NCBI GenBank assembly: GCA_041946735.1
Contig: JBHGAY010000013.1
Span: 1 to 64,000, forward strand
DNA length: 64,000 bases
Source of the DNA: Candidatus Eiseniibacteriota bacterium
GTDB lineage: Bacteria; Eisenbacteria; RBG-16-71-46; CAIMUX01; VGJL01
Reading direction: 5' to 3'
Every line of letters starts with the position of its first letter. Positions within the stretch are counted from its first letter, which is position 1. The position numbers and the translations under genes were made by a program. Below the pieces are notes generated by a model. It was given only the letters and a program-made list of their open reading frames with translations, was not told the DNA's origin and did no database searches. This document shows positions 18,426-27,974 of this stretch, in pieces.

Positions 18426-18998
18426 ATGGCTCAGTCGAACAGGCTCGAGGGACTGAGGATCGCGATTCTGGCGACCGACGGCGTGGAGGAGGTCGAGCTC
18501 ACCGACCCGAAGGAGGCGCTCGAAGAGGCGGGGGGGAAGACCGAGGTGATCGCGCCGCACAGCGGCCCGATCCAGGGCTTCCGGCATCATGACAAGGCGA
18601 ACCGGATCGAGGTGCAGGGGACGCTCGATCGTGCCGATCCCGATCGCTACGACGCCGTCCTGCTCCCCGGCGGCGCTCTGAACGCAGACGCGCTCCGCGC
18701 CGACCCGGCCGCCCAGGACTTCGTCCGGCGGATCGATGAGGCGCGCAAGCCGATCGCCGTGATCTGCCACGGGCCTTGGCTGTTGATCTCGGCCGGCCTC
18801 GTACGCGGCCGGCGTCTGACGAGCTTCTTCACCATCCAGGACGACGTCCGCAACGCCGGCGGGCAATGGCTCGACCAGGAGATGGTTCGCGACCGCAACT
18901 GGGTCAGCAGCCGCAGTCCGGAGGACCTTCCCGCGTTCGATCGAGCGATGATCGAGCTGTTCGCCGAGTCCGGCGCTCGGACGACCGGCTCGCGCTGA
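18426..18998 (+). CDS. PfpI/DJ-1 family (type 1 glutamine amidotransferase-like) protein
   Basis: AILATDGVEEVEL, LPGGALNAD, ICHGPW and SSRSPEDL; GGAGG RBS. Confidence 0.92.
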   Translation: MAQSNRLEGLRIAILATDGVEEVELTDPKEALEEAGGKTEVIAPHSGPIQGFRHHDKANRIEVQGTLDRADPDRYDAVLLPGGALNADALRADPAAQDFVRRIDEARKPIAVICHGPWLLISAGLVRGRRLTSFFTIQDDVRNAGGQWLDQEMVRDRNWVSSRSPEDLPAFDRAMIELFAESGARTTGSR

Positions 18999-19035
18999 CG
19001 GGCGGGACGACCCACGCGAGAGGGGGCGGCGGCGC

Positions 19036-19100
19036 GCTCAGCCGCGCCGCTCAGTCGCCCCGCTCGCCCGCGCCGCTCCGTCGCCCCGCTCGCCCCCGCC
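19036..19100. repeat. 13-bp degenerate tandem repeat x5 across the PNP stop codon
   Basis: GCTCAGCCGCGCC / GCTCAGTCGCCCC / GCTCGCCCGCGCC / GCTCCGTCGCCCC / GCTCGCCCCCGCC. Confidence 0.7.
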
Positions 19101-19925
19101 GAGGATCGAGGCGGCACGTCCGAGAAGACGCGCGAGGCGCTCGTCCGCGTCGGAGGCGGAGGCGAGGACGTCCTCATGGCGCAGGGGCGCGGTGAACGAG
19201 ACGCCGGTCGCGAAGTTCGACAGGAGCGAGACGACGGCGACCCGCATTCCGGCCGCCCGCCCCGCGAACGCCTCCGGAATCGTCGACATCGTCACCGCGC
19301 TCGCCCCCAGGCGTCTCGCGAGACGGATCTCCGATGCGGTCTCGTAGCTCGGGCCCATCGCTCCGCACAGGGTCCCGCGATGGAGGACGATCCGCGCCTC
19401 CCGCGCGGCCCGGTCGAGGATCCGGCCGAGCGCCGGATCGAGAACGCCTCCGCCTCCGCGGCCGACGAATCCCGGATCGCGCGTCCCGCGCAGCCTCCGG
19501 AAGAAGAGGTCGAGCAGGTCGCTCGCGCGCATCAGAGATCCGGCGGGCAGGTCGGGATCGCAGGATCCTGCCGCGTTCGTGAGGACGAGGTCGCGCGCGC
19601 CGAGCGCCGCCGCGACGCGCACGTTCCGCGTCACCGCCGCGGCGTCGTGCCCCTCGTAGAGATGCCCACGCCCCTCGAAGAGCAGAACCGGCACGGCGCC
19701 CCACCATCCCCGATGGATGCGGCCGCCATGGCCTGCGACCGACGGGGAAGGAAGGCCGGGCACCTCCGTCGCGTCGATCGACGCCCTCCGTTCGAGCGAC
19801 GCCGCGATGCCGCCGAGGCCGGAGCCGAGGACGACGGCCAGACGCGGCGCAGGCTCGCCGGGGAATCGCGCGCGGAGGTGCGCGACGGCGGAGCGCACGA
19901 GATCCGATTCGCCTGCGTCGTTCAC
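19038..19925 (-). CDS. punA: Purine nucleoside phosphorylase (trimeric type)
   Basis: VLGSGLG, VAGHGG, GRGHLYEG, LTNAAG, GPSYET and MSTIPE; GTG start overlaps the permease stop. Confidence 0.88.
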   Translation of the reverse strand: MNDAGESDLVRSAVAHLRARFPGEPAPRLAVVLGSGLGGIAASLERRASIDATEVPGLPSPSVAGHGGRIHRGWWGAVPVLLFEGRGHLYEGHDAAAVTRNVRVAAALGARDLVLTNAAGSCDPDLPAGSLMRASDLLDLFFRRLRGTRDPGFVGRGGGGVLDPALGRILDRAAREARIVLHRGTLCGAMGPSYETASEIRLARRLGASAVTMSTIPEAFAGRAAGMRVAVVSLLSNFATGVSFTAPLRHEDVLASASDADERLARLLGRAASILGGGERGDGAARASGATERRG

Positions 19926-20824
19926 GACGACTCCCCTCCCCTCTTGTACGGGCGGCCGAGCGCGGCCGGCGGCACGGCACGGCCGACCCATCCGGAGAGG
20001 ACCACGAGCGCGGCGAGATAGGGAACGGCCTGGAGCAGCTGCGTCGGGATTCCGGGGCGCGCGAGGCGGATCTGCAGCGTCTCCGCCCCGGCGAAGAGAA
20101 GGCAGGCGGCGACGACCGAGGCGGGCCTCCACTTGCCCGCGATCATCGCGGCGAGGGCGATGTAGCCGCGGCCGCCGGACATGCCATCGGTGAAGAGGTT
20201 CTGCTGGATGGTCAACCATGCGCCGCCGATCCCCGCCAAGGCGCCCCCCGCCACGACGGCGAGCATGCGAACGCGAACGACCGACACGCCCGAAGCGTCG
20301 AGCGCCGCCGGCCTTTCGCCGGCCGCTCGCACGAGCAGCCCCGCGCCGGATCGAAGCAGCGAGAGGTGCGCGAGCAGCACCACGGCGGCCGCAAGCAGGA
20401 AGAGCGGATTCCCGAGCACCTCGCCGAGCGGGCCGAGCCAGCCGAAGCCGGGCAGCGGCGCGATCGGCTCCTCGAGCAGGCGCGGGGAGTTGCTCGAGCT
20501 GTGGAACAGCGCGCGCAGCAGCGCGCGCGTCGCCCCGAGCGAGGCGATGTTGATTGCGAGTCCGCTGACGATCTGATCCGCCCGCGCGAGAACCGTTACG
20601 GCGGCATGGAGGAGGGCGGTCAGCGCGCCGGCCGCGATCGCCGCGACCAGTCCGATCGTCGCCGATCCGGTCGTGATCGTCCCGACCGCCATTCCGAAGG
20701 CGCCGTTCAGCAGGATCCCTTCGAGAGCGATGTTGATCACCCCGGAGCGCTCCGAGAGCGATCCGCCCACGCCGACGAGCGCGTAGGGAACGGCGATCCG
20801 CGCGATCTGCGCGGCCAGGCTCAT
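19922..20824 (-). CDS. Nucleoside ABC transporter permease (NupC-like)
   Basis: SERSGVINIALEG, ADQIVSG, RAAGE, GRGYIALAA..GKW; start estimated. Confidence 0.88.
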   Translation of the reverse strand: MSLAAQIARIAVPYALVGVGGSLSERSGVINIALEGILLNGAFGMAVGTITTGSATIGLVAAIAAGALTALLHAAVTVLARADQIVSGLAINIASLGATRALLRALFHSSSNSPRLLEEPIAPLPGFGWLGPLGEVLGNPLFLLAAAVVLLAHLSLLRSGAGLLVRAAGERPAALDASGVSVVRVRMLAVVAGGALAGIGGAWLTIQQNLFTDGMSGGRGYIALAAMIAGKWRPASVVAACLLFAGAETLQIRLARPGIPTQLLQAVPYLAALVVLSGWVGRAVPPAALGRPYKRGGESS

Positions 20825-20838
20825 CAGAACTTCGATCG

Positions 20839-21918
20839 CTACCTCCGTTCGGCGGCCGGCCCGGCTGCAGGCTCGGCGGCACCAGCGGCGCCCAGCGGCG
20901 CGCGCTCCCTTCCCCGCGCGTCGAGAACGATGAACGCGATCAGGATCGCCCCCACGATCACGTCGACCAGCTCGCGCGGCACGATCCGGTTGACCGAGAG
21001 CCCCGCCTGGGCGAGGAAGCCGAAGAGGCAGGCGCTCGCCGGGATCGCGATCGGCCGGTTGCGCGCGAGCAGGGCGACCGCGATCCCCAGGAATCCCGCT
21101 CCTCCCGCGAACCCCTCCTCGAAGTAGTGCTTCTGGCCGAGCACGAACGAGGAGCCGCCGACACCGGCGAGCGCGCCGCCGAGAGCGAGCGAGAGGATGG
21201 TCAGGCGTCCGACGTCCAGCCGCGCGTAGCGCGCCCGCTTCACCCCTCCGGCCAGGATCCGCCAGGCGAAGCCGAGGCTCGAGCGCAGCAGGAGCGCATC
21301 GCAAGCGGCGGCGACGGCGATCGCGAACGGCAGCGCCGTGGACAGTCCCGACCCGCGAAAGAAGCGGAGCGAGTCTCCCGCCCGAGCCATCCACGCGCCC
21401 TTGCCGATCGTCTCGGTCCGCACCGTCTCCGGGAGGGCGTAGCCGCGCACGAGCAGGTAGTTGACGAGCGCGGCCGCGACGAAGTTCAACAGGATGGTGA
21501 CGATGACCTCGTGGGCGCCCGTGCGAGCCTTCAGGAAGCCGGCGATCCCGCCCCACAGTCCCCCCGCAAGGGCGCCGGCCGCGATGCAGAGCGCCCAGAG
21601 CCACGGCCCCGGCAACGCGGCGAGGTGCACACCGGCGATCGCCATGGCGAAGCCGCCGACCGTCATCTGTCCTTCGGCGCCGATGTTCAGCAGGCCGGCG
21701 CGCAACGGCAGAGCGACGGCGAGGCCGGCGAAGACGAGCGGCGTCGCGCGGAAGAGCACCTGCCCGATGCCGTAGCCGCTCGCGAGCGCCTCGCTCGAGA
21801 GCAGAGCGAGGACATCGCCGGGGCGGGCGCCGAAGAGCGCGGCCAGCAGGAGGCCGGCGCCGAGGCCGGCCGCGGCGGCGCCGAGCGGAGGAACGAGAAG
21901 CGCGCGGCCGCGCATCAT
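20839..21918 (-). CDS. Nucleoside ABC transporter permease (NupB-like)
   Basis: ATPLVFAGLAV, GLLNIGAEGQ, GAHEVIVTILLN and GFLGIAVALL. Confidence 0.9.
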   Translation of the reverse strand: MMRGRALLVPPLGAAAAGLGAGLLLAALFGARPGDVLALLSSEALASGYGIGQVLFRATPLVFAGLAVALPLRAGLLNIGAEGQMTVGGFAMAIAGVHLAALPGPWLWALCIAAGALAGGLWGGIAGFLKARTGAHEVIVTILLNFVAAALVNYLLVRGYALPETVRTETIGKGAWMARAGDSLRFFRGSGLSTALPFAIAVAAACDALLLRSSLGFAWRILAGGVKRARYARLDVGRLTILSLALGGALAGVGGSSFVLGQKHYFEEGFAGGAGFLGIAVALLARNRPIAIPASACLFGFLAQAGLSVNRIVPRELVDVIVGAILIAFIVLDARGRERAPLGAAGAAEPAAGPAAERR

Positions 21919-23489
21919 CCGGCTCCGACCATCGCGCGCGCGACCGCCTCTTCCTGCGCATCCCCGGCGTCCGCCGCATAGCGGAGCGTCCCGCGATACA
22001 GGACGAGGAGCCTGTCGGCGAGCAACAGAAGCTCTCGCATGTCGGCTGTGACGAGCAGGACGCCGGTGCCCGCCTCGCGCGCCTCGATCAGCCGCTCCTG
22101 AACGAAGGCGGTCGAGGCGGGATCGAGACCGCGCGTCGGATGGACGGCGAGGAGCAGGCGCGCGCGCCTCCCCATCTCGCGCGCGAGCAGCAGGCGCTGC
22201 TGGTTGCCGCCGGAGAGCTGCCCGGCGCCCGCCTCGAGATCGGCGGGACGGACGTCGAACGCGCGCAGTCGCTCGAGCGCCGGCTTGCCATGCAACCCCT
22301 CGCCGCGCGGCAGTCCGATGGCGAGGTTCTCCTCGAGCGTCATCTCGAGGGCGAGCCCTTCAGCGCGGCGATCCTCCGGAATCCAGGCGACCTCGTCCGG
22401 GAGGCGCACTCGCTCCCCCGCGCCCCACGCGCGGCCGAGCAGCTCGACCTCTCCCGACGCGATCTCGGTCTGCCCGGTCAACGCCGCGACCAGCTCCGAT
22501 TGCCCGTTGCCGAGAACGCCGCCGACCCCGACGATCTCCCCCGCGTGAACCTCGAGGTCGAGTCGGCGCGGCGCGTTCGGCCCCGAGCCGCAGGAGAGGG
22601 CGCGGCAGGCAAGCCGGAGCTCGCGGGCCGCAGGCGCCTTCCCGCCCGCAGTGCCGCGTTCGGCCGGCCGGCTGCGCGCGCGGACGACCGTGCGCGCCAC
22701 GTGCCGCCCTCCCGCGATCCACTCGATCAGCCGCTCGCCGCCGATCTCACGCGGATCGCCCTCCCCCACGACACGCCCCTCGCGCAGGACGGTCACGCGA
22801 TCGGCAATCTCCATCGCCTCGCGGAGGCGATGCGTCACGAGGACCACGGTCCGGCCGCCGGCGGCCAGCTTCCGCAGCGTGTCGAAGAGCGGGGCGATCT
22901 CCGGCGGCGCGAGCACGCTCGTTGGCTCGTCGAGCACCAGAACCCTCGCGTCCCGCTCGAGCAGCTTGAGGATCTCGATCCTCTCCTGCTCGCCGATCGA
23001 CAGATGCTCCACCGGGACGTCGAGCGGCGTCGCCAGACCATGCTCGCTCGCCAGCCGCTCCAGTGCGCGCACCTTCTCGCGCGCTAGCGGCCGCCAGCCG
23101 CGCGCACCCGGCCGGCCGAGCAGGATGTTCTCCGCTCCGGTCAGCGCGCCGGCGAGCAGGAAGTGTTGCGCGCAGAGCCCGACGCCGGCGCGGAGCGAGG
23201 CGGACGGCGACCCTTGCGGGAGGGGATGGCCGGCGACCCGGATCGATCCGGAGTCGGCCTTCTGCAGTCCCGCCAGGATCGAGAGCAGGGTCGTCTTGCC
23301 TGCCCCGTTCTCGCCGAGGAGAGCGTGGATGGAGCCGGCCTGCACGTCGAAGGTGACGGCGTCGTTGGCGACGATCGCCCCGAAGCGCTTCGTGACTGCT
23401 CGGAAGGAGACGCCGGCCGTCGGAGCGGCGGTCGGAGCGGCGGGCGGACCAACAGCAGGAGCAGCGGGCGGCTGCCCGGGCTCGCTCAA
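21915..23489 (-). CDS. Nucleoside/sugar (CUT2) ABC ATP-binding protein with two NBDs
   Basis: GENGAGKTT, LDEPT, LSGGNQQ and PTRGLD. Confidence 0.93.
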   Translation of the reverse strand: MSEPGQPPAAPAVGPPAAPTAAPTAGVSFRAVTKRFGAIVANDAVTFDVQAGSIHALLGENGAGKTTLLSILAGLQKADSGSIRVAGHPLPQGSPSASLRAGVGLCAQHFLLAGALTGAENILLGRPGARGWRPLAREKVRALERLASEHGLATPLDVPVEHLSIGEQERIEILKLLERDARVLVLDEPTSVLAPPEIAPLFDTLRKLAAGGRTVVLVTHRLREAMEIADRVTVLREGRVVGEGDPREIGGERLIEWIAGGRHVARTVVRARSRPAERGTAGGKAPAARELRLACRALSCGSGPNAPRRLDLEVHAGEIVGVGGVLGNGQSELVAALTGQTEIASGEVELLGRAWGAGERVRLPDEVAWIPEDRRAEGLALEMTLEENLAIGLPRGEGLHGKPALERLRAFDVRPADLEAGAGQLSGGNQQRLLLAREMGRRARLLLAVHPTRGLDPASTAFVQERLIEAREAGTGVLLVTADMRELLLLADRLLVLYRGTLRYAADAGDAQEEAVARAMVGAG

Positions 23490-24550
23490 CGCGACGGGAC
23501 CTCGATCGTCCCGGCGAGGATCTCGCGCTTCAGCCCCTCCACGCGGTCATGGATCTCGGGAGTGATCCATTTCTGGTTCGCCTCGTCGTAGACGTAGTCG
23601 ATCGCGCCATTCTCGAGCCCCATCACCTGGACCTCCCCTCCGGGGAACCGCCCCTCCTTCGCGGCGCGGATCGTCTCGAAGACCGCGACGTCGACCCGCT
23701 TGATCATGCTCGTCAGCACGTGGCCCGGCGCCTCGGCCTGCTGATCCGCGTCCACGCCGATCGCGAGCGCGTCGCGGCGGCGCGCCGCCTCGAAGACGCC
23801 CAGGCCGGTCGATCCGCTCGCGTGGAAGACGATGTCCGCCCCGGCGTCGTACTGGGCGAGCGCCAGCTCTCTCCCCTTGGCGGGATTCTTGAAGGCGTCG
23901 GGGGTCACCCCCGCGTAGGCGACCAGAACCTCCGCGCCCGGATTGACGTGCCTGACCCCCGCGCGATAGCCCGCCTCGAACTTGCGGATCAACGGGATCT
24001 CCATGCCGCCCACGAACCCGACCTTCCCGGTCTTCGTCACGAGACCGGCGATCGCTCCGACGAGAAAGGCTCCCTGCTCCTCACGGAACTTCAACGCCGC
24101 GAGGTTGGGCGGAATCTGCGCCCCTTCCTGCACCGTGTAGTCGACGCAGGCGAACTCCTTGTTCGGGAAGTCGCGCGCCACGGTCGCGATGTCGTCGGAG
24201 AAGAGCATCCCGATACCGAAGACGAGGTCTCGATCGCCGGCCGCCATCTGGCGCAGCGCCGCCTCTCGATCGGTCCCGGCCGCGGGCTCGAGGTACTCGA
24301 CGTCGACGCCGAGCGAGTCACGGGCATGCACCAGCCCCTGATAGGCGGAGTCGTTGAAGCTCTTGTCGCCGAGGCCGCCGACGTCGAAGACGAGGCCGAC
24401 GGAGAACTTCTCCGTGTCGCTCCGCCTGGAGCCGGAGCCGCAGCCGGCGACGGCGGAGAGGCCGAGCACGAGCACGAAGGCGAGGACGAGGGCGAGGGCG
24501 AGGACGAGGACGGGGACGCCCACGGCCGGCGCGCTCCTCCCCCTAGGCAC
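23486..24550 (-). CDS. BMP family nucleoside-binding lipoprotein
   Basis: Lipobox VAGC; GGLGDKSFNDSA, FREEQG, GADIVFHASG, IGVDADQ and SMIKRVD. Confidence 0.93.
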   Translation of the reverse strand: MPRGRSAPAVGVPVLVLALALVLAFVLVLGLSAVAGCGSGSRRSDTEKFSVGLVFDVGGLGDKSFNDSAYQGLVHARDSLGVDVEYLEPAAGTDREAALRQMAAGDRDLVFGIGMLFSDDIATVARDFPNKEFACVDYTVQEGAQIPPNLAALKFREEQGAFLVGAIAGLVTKTGKVGFVGGMEIPLIRKFEAGYRAGVRHVNPGAEVLVAYAGVTPDAFKNPAKGRELALAQYDAGADIVFHASGSTGLGVFEAARRRDALAIGVDADQQAEAPGHVLTSMIKRVDVAVFETIRAAKEGRFPGGEVQVMGLENGAIDYVYDEANQKWITPEIHDRVEGLKREILAGTIEVPSR

Positions 24551-25121
24551 TCTCGCCGCCTTCCTCGTGCGGCATCTCGTAGCAGCGGCGGCATCGCGCC
24601 TCGTACAGATCGCTCGAGCCGACGGCGATCCGTCCGACCGCCGCGCCGACCCGCTGGGTGCGGTTGGCGGGCGCGCCGCAACGCACGCAGATGGCGAGGG
24701 TCTTCGTGATGTACTCCGCCATGGCGAGCAGTTGCGGCACCGGCTCGAAGGGGCGGGCCAGGTAGTCCTGGTCGAGGCCGGCGACGATCACGCGCTTCCC
24801 CTGGTTCGCGAGCGTCTCGCAGACGTCCAGGATCCCCATGTCGAGGAACTGCACTTCGTCGATCCCGATCACCTGGGCATCGGCCGCCGCCTCGAGCACC
24901 TCGAGCGAGTTCTTCACGATCGACGAGGGGATCCGCTGCTGGCTGTGGGAGACCAGATGGTCGGAGCCGTAGCGGAAGTCGGTCGACGGCTTCACGATCG
25001 CGACGCGCTGCTTGGCGATCTGCGCGCGCCGCAGGCGGCGGATCAGCTCCTCGGTCTTGCCGCTGAACATCGGGCCGCAGATCATCTCGATCCATCCGCC
25101 TCCCTGCGGAAGGTCCTGCAT
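24543..25121 (-). CDS. tdk: Thymidine kinase
   Basis: GPMFSGKTEEL, IDEVQF, AGLDQD, zinc motifs CVRC and YEARCRRC. Confidence 0.96.
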   Translation of the reverse strand: MQDLPQGGGWIEMICGPMFSGKTEELIRRLRRAQIAKQRVAIVKPSTDFRYGSDHLVSHSQQRIPSSIVKNSLEVLEAAADAQVIGIDEVQFLDMGILDVCETLANQGKRVIVAGLDQDYLARPFEPVPQLLAMAEYITKTLAICVRCGAPANRTQRVGAAVGRIAVGSSDLYEARCRRCYEMPHEEGGESA

Positions 25122-25783
25122 CAGGGTGTCTCCTTCTCGTCGAGCGGCCACTTCTCCGCCAGCACCGAGACGATCTTCGTCCGGAGCAGGTCGATCGCCA
25201 CCCGGTTGTATCCCCCTTCGGGGATGATGATGTCGGCATAGCGCTTGGAAGGCTCCACGAACTGCAGATGCATCGGCCGGACGTCCCGCTCGTACTGCTC
25301 GAGCACGGATTCGAGCGTGCGGCCGCGCTCGGCGACGTCGCGGCGGATGCGGCGCAGCAGCCGGATGTCGCTGTCCGTGTCGACGAAGACCTTGATGTCC
25401 ATCATCTCGCGGATCTCGGGATCGGCGAGAATCAGGATCCCCTCGACGAGCAGGATCGGATGCCCCCCGATCGGCACCGAGTCCGGAAGCCGCACGTGGC
25501 GTGTGAAGTCGTACTGCGGTTGCGGCACCGTCTGCCCCTGAAGGAGCGCACGCAGGTGATCGCGCAAGAGCGTCGCGTCGAAAGCGTCGGGATGGTCGAA
25601 GTTCGTGCGGACCCGCTCCTCCCAGCTCATCCAGGAGAGGTCGCGGTAATAGTGGTCCTGCTTGATGATCGTCGCCCGGCTGTCCCCCAGCGCCTCGATG
25701 ATCCGCTGGGCGACGAGCGACTTGCCGGAGCCGGTCCCCCCCGCGATCCCGATCAGGATCCTGCCGCCGCTCGAGACGTTCAT
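25121..25783 (-). CDS. udk: Uridine kinase
   Basis: GIAGGTGSGKS, QDHYY, NFDHPDAFD, EGIL, RDVAERGR and FVEPSKRYADIIIP. Confidence 0.96.
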   Translation of the reverse strand: MNVSSGGRILIGIAGGTGSGKSLVAQRIIEALGDSRATIIKQDHYYRDLSWMSWEERVRTNFDHPDAFDATLLRDHLRALLQGQTVPQPQYDFTRHVRLPDSVPIGGHPILLVEGILILADPEIREMMDIKVFVDTDSDIRLLRRIRRDVAERGRTLESVLEQYERDVRPMHLQFVEPSKRYADIIIPEGGYNRVAIDLLRTKIVSVLAEKWPLDEKETP

Positions 25784-26424
25784 CGCTGCGCCCCTCCTAT
25801 GCCGCTCGGCCCGCCGCCGCTCCCGGCGCCCGGTTCGGCCTCGCCGCCGCTCGCGGCGCCCGGCCCGGCCTCGCCGCCGCCGCTCGCGCGCTCCCCTTGC
25901 TCGATTTCCGCGTCGGTCAGCATGGCGATGTGCCGGAGGCCTCGGTAACGCTCCTGGTAGTCCAGGCCGTAGCCGACGACGAACCGGTCGGGGATCGGAA
26001 AGCCGGCGTAGTCGATCGCGACTTCGCGGCTCCGGCGGTCCTGCTTGTCGAGAAGAGCGACGATCGCGAGCGAACGCGGCCCCCGGGCGAGCAACATCGC
26101 GCGGATGTAGGAGAGGGAGAGCCCGCTGTCGACGATGTCCTCCACGATCAGGACGTCGCGGCCTCGGACGTCCTGATCGAGGTCGCGAAGCAGCCGGACC
26201 GATCCGGAGGAGGTGGCGCGGTTCTGGTAAGAAGAGATGGCGATGAAGTCGACCGCCACGTCGAGCGAGATCGCGCGGGCGAGGTCGGCGAGGAAGAGGA
26301 TCGAGCCCTTGAGGAGCCCGACAAGGAGAAGAGACCTCCCGTGGTAGTCGCGGGAGATCTGCTCGCCCAGCTCCCGGACCCTGTTGCGGACCGCCTCCTC
26401 GGTCAGGAGCAGCTCCGTGACCAC
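25780..26424 (-). CDS. hpt: Hypoxanthine phosphoribosyltransferase
   Basis: LLKGS, ISSY, PRPP motif LIVEDIVDSGLS, FVVGYGLDY; repetitive Gly/Ala-rich tail. Confidence 0.95.
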   Translation of the reverse strand: MVTELLLTEEAVRNRVRELGEQISRDYHGRSLLLVGLLKGSILFLADLARAISLDVAVDFIAISSYQNRATSSGSVRLLRDLDQDVRGRDVLIVEDIVDSGLSLSYIRAMLLARGPRSLAIVALLDKQDRRSREVAIDYAGFPIPDRFVVGYGLDYQERYRGLRHIAMLTDAEIEQGERASGGGEAGPGAASGGEAEPGAGSGGGPSGIGGAQR

Positions 26425-26461
26425 CTCCCCGCCGGTCGTGCCAGGCTCGCGCCTGCCGTCG

Positions 26462-26562
26462 TTGACGCTTTCCCGCTCCGCAGGCTATCTTGCGAGACCG
26501 GCCGAGCCGGCGCCATATCCGGATCGCACTGACTTCTACCCGGCCCCCTCCGGGACTGTCAA
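26462..26562. promoter_or_regulatory. Candidate face-to-face promoters between hpt and the deaminase operon
   Basis: Plus strand TTGACG(26462)-N18-TATCTT; minus strand TTGACA(26562)-N18-TAGAAG. Confidence 0.35.
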
Positions 26563-26639
26563 GGACGCCCGAAGCGGGGCCGCTTGCGTGCGGTTCCGGA
26601 TGGAGCGGACCCGACGGACGGACCGAGGAGCGTGATCGA

Positions 26640-27974
26640 TTGATCCTGCGCGGAGCCCGATGCCTGACGCTCGACCCCGCCCGTCCGGCGATTCGCGCGG
26701 ACGTGCGGATCGATCCGGCCGGCCGGATCGAAGCGCTGCTACCGCCCGGCCGCTCCGTCCCGCCGTCCGAAAAGGACGTCGACTTGACCGGCAGGATCTT
26801 GATGCCGGGCCTCGTCCAGACGCACGTCCATCTCTGCCAGGTCGCGATGCGCGGCCTGGCCGAGCGCCTCCCGCTCGATCGCTGGCTGCGCGAACGGATC
26901 TGGCCGCTCGAGGCGGCGCACGATGAGGCGACCCTTGCCGCCTCCGCCCGCCTCGGCCTGGCCGAGCTTCTCTCGGGCGGGACGACCGCGATCCTCGACA
27001 TGGGGACGACCCGGCGCCAGGAGGCGATCCTCGCGAGTTGCGAGGAGTCCGGCATCCGCGCCCTGTCGGGACTCGCCCTGATGGACGAAGGGGACGGCAT
27101 CCCGCGCGCGCTCGGGCGCGACGCGGAGGACGCGCTGGTCGAGACGTTCGCGCTCGCCAGGCGCTACCCCGGCGAGCCACACGGGCGCGTCGGCCTCTGC
27201 CTCTGCCCGCGCTTCCTCGGGAGCGTCAGCGATCGGGCGTGGTCGCGTGTCGCGAGCGCGTCGGCCGACCGGGGACTCCTCATCCACACGCACCTCGCCG
27301 AGACCCGCGCGGAGGTCGCCGCCGATCGCGCCCGCACCGGCACGACCGCGCTCGCGCATCTCGAGAGGCTCGGCGTCGCCGGCGCCCGCCTGCGCGCCGC
27401 GCATGGCGTCTGGCTCGATGCGGACGATCTTGCGATCCTTCGCCGTACGGGCGGGATGCTCGTCCACTGTCCCGGCTCGAACGCCAAGCTCGGCTCCGGC
27501 GTCGCCGACGTCCTCTCCTGGGAAGGCATCCCGGCCGGCATCGGCTGCGATGGCGCTCCCTGCAACAACCGCCTCGACGCGTGGGAGGAGATGCGGCGCG
27601 CCGCGCACGCGATGGCGCTCCTGCATGGTCCCGAGGCGATCGATCCCGCCCGGATCCTCGCGATGGCGACGATCGACGGCGCGCGCCTGCTCGGCCTCGA
27701 GGAGCGGATCGGCTCGATCGTCCCGGGGAAGGAAGCCGACCTGGTGTCGCTCGAGCCGCGCCTGGAACCGGCGCTCGAGCCGCCGGCCGGGGATCTCTAC
27801 GCGCAAGTGCTCTACGGCGCCTCGCGCGCGGCGGTCGATTCCGTCTGGATCTCCGGGCGGGTCGTCGCGAGGCGCGGGGTGCCACTCACCCTGCCGCTCG
27901 GGCGCGTGCGACGCGAGGCGGCGCGCGCCGCCACCATCCTTCTCGAAAGGGTGGAGACGGGACGGCGACGGTGA
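26640..27974 (+). CDS. Amidohydrolase, 5'-deoxyadenosine/MTA/SAH deaminase-like
   Basis: PGLVQTHVH, HTHLAE, AHGVW, HCPGSNAKLGSG, GCDGAPCNN and GKEADL. TTG start inferred from the GAGGAG RBS. Confidence 0.85.
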   Translation: MILRGARCLTLDPARPAIRADVRIDPAGRIEALLPPGRSVPPSEKDVDLTGRILMPGLVQTHVHLCQVAMRGLAERLPLDRWLRERIWPLEAAHDEATLAASARLGLAELLSGGTTAILDMGTTRRQEAILASCEESGIRALSGLALMDEGDGIPRALGRDAEDALVETFALARRYPGEPHGRVGLCLCPRFLGSVSDRAWSRVASASADRGLLIHTHLAETRAEVAADRARTGTTALAHLERLGVAGARLRAAHGVWLDADDLAILRRTGGMLVHCPGSNAKLGSGVADVLSWEGIPAGIGCDGAPCNNRLDAWEEMRRAAHAMALLHGPEAIDPARILAMATIDGARLLGLEERIGSIVPGKEADLVSLEPRLEPALEPPAGDLYAQVLYGASRAAVDSVWISGRVVARRGVPLTLPLGRVRREAARAATILLERVETGRRR

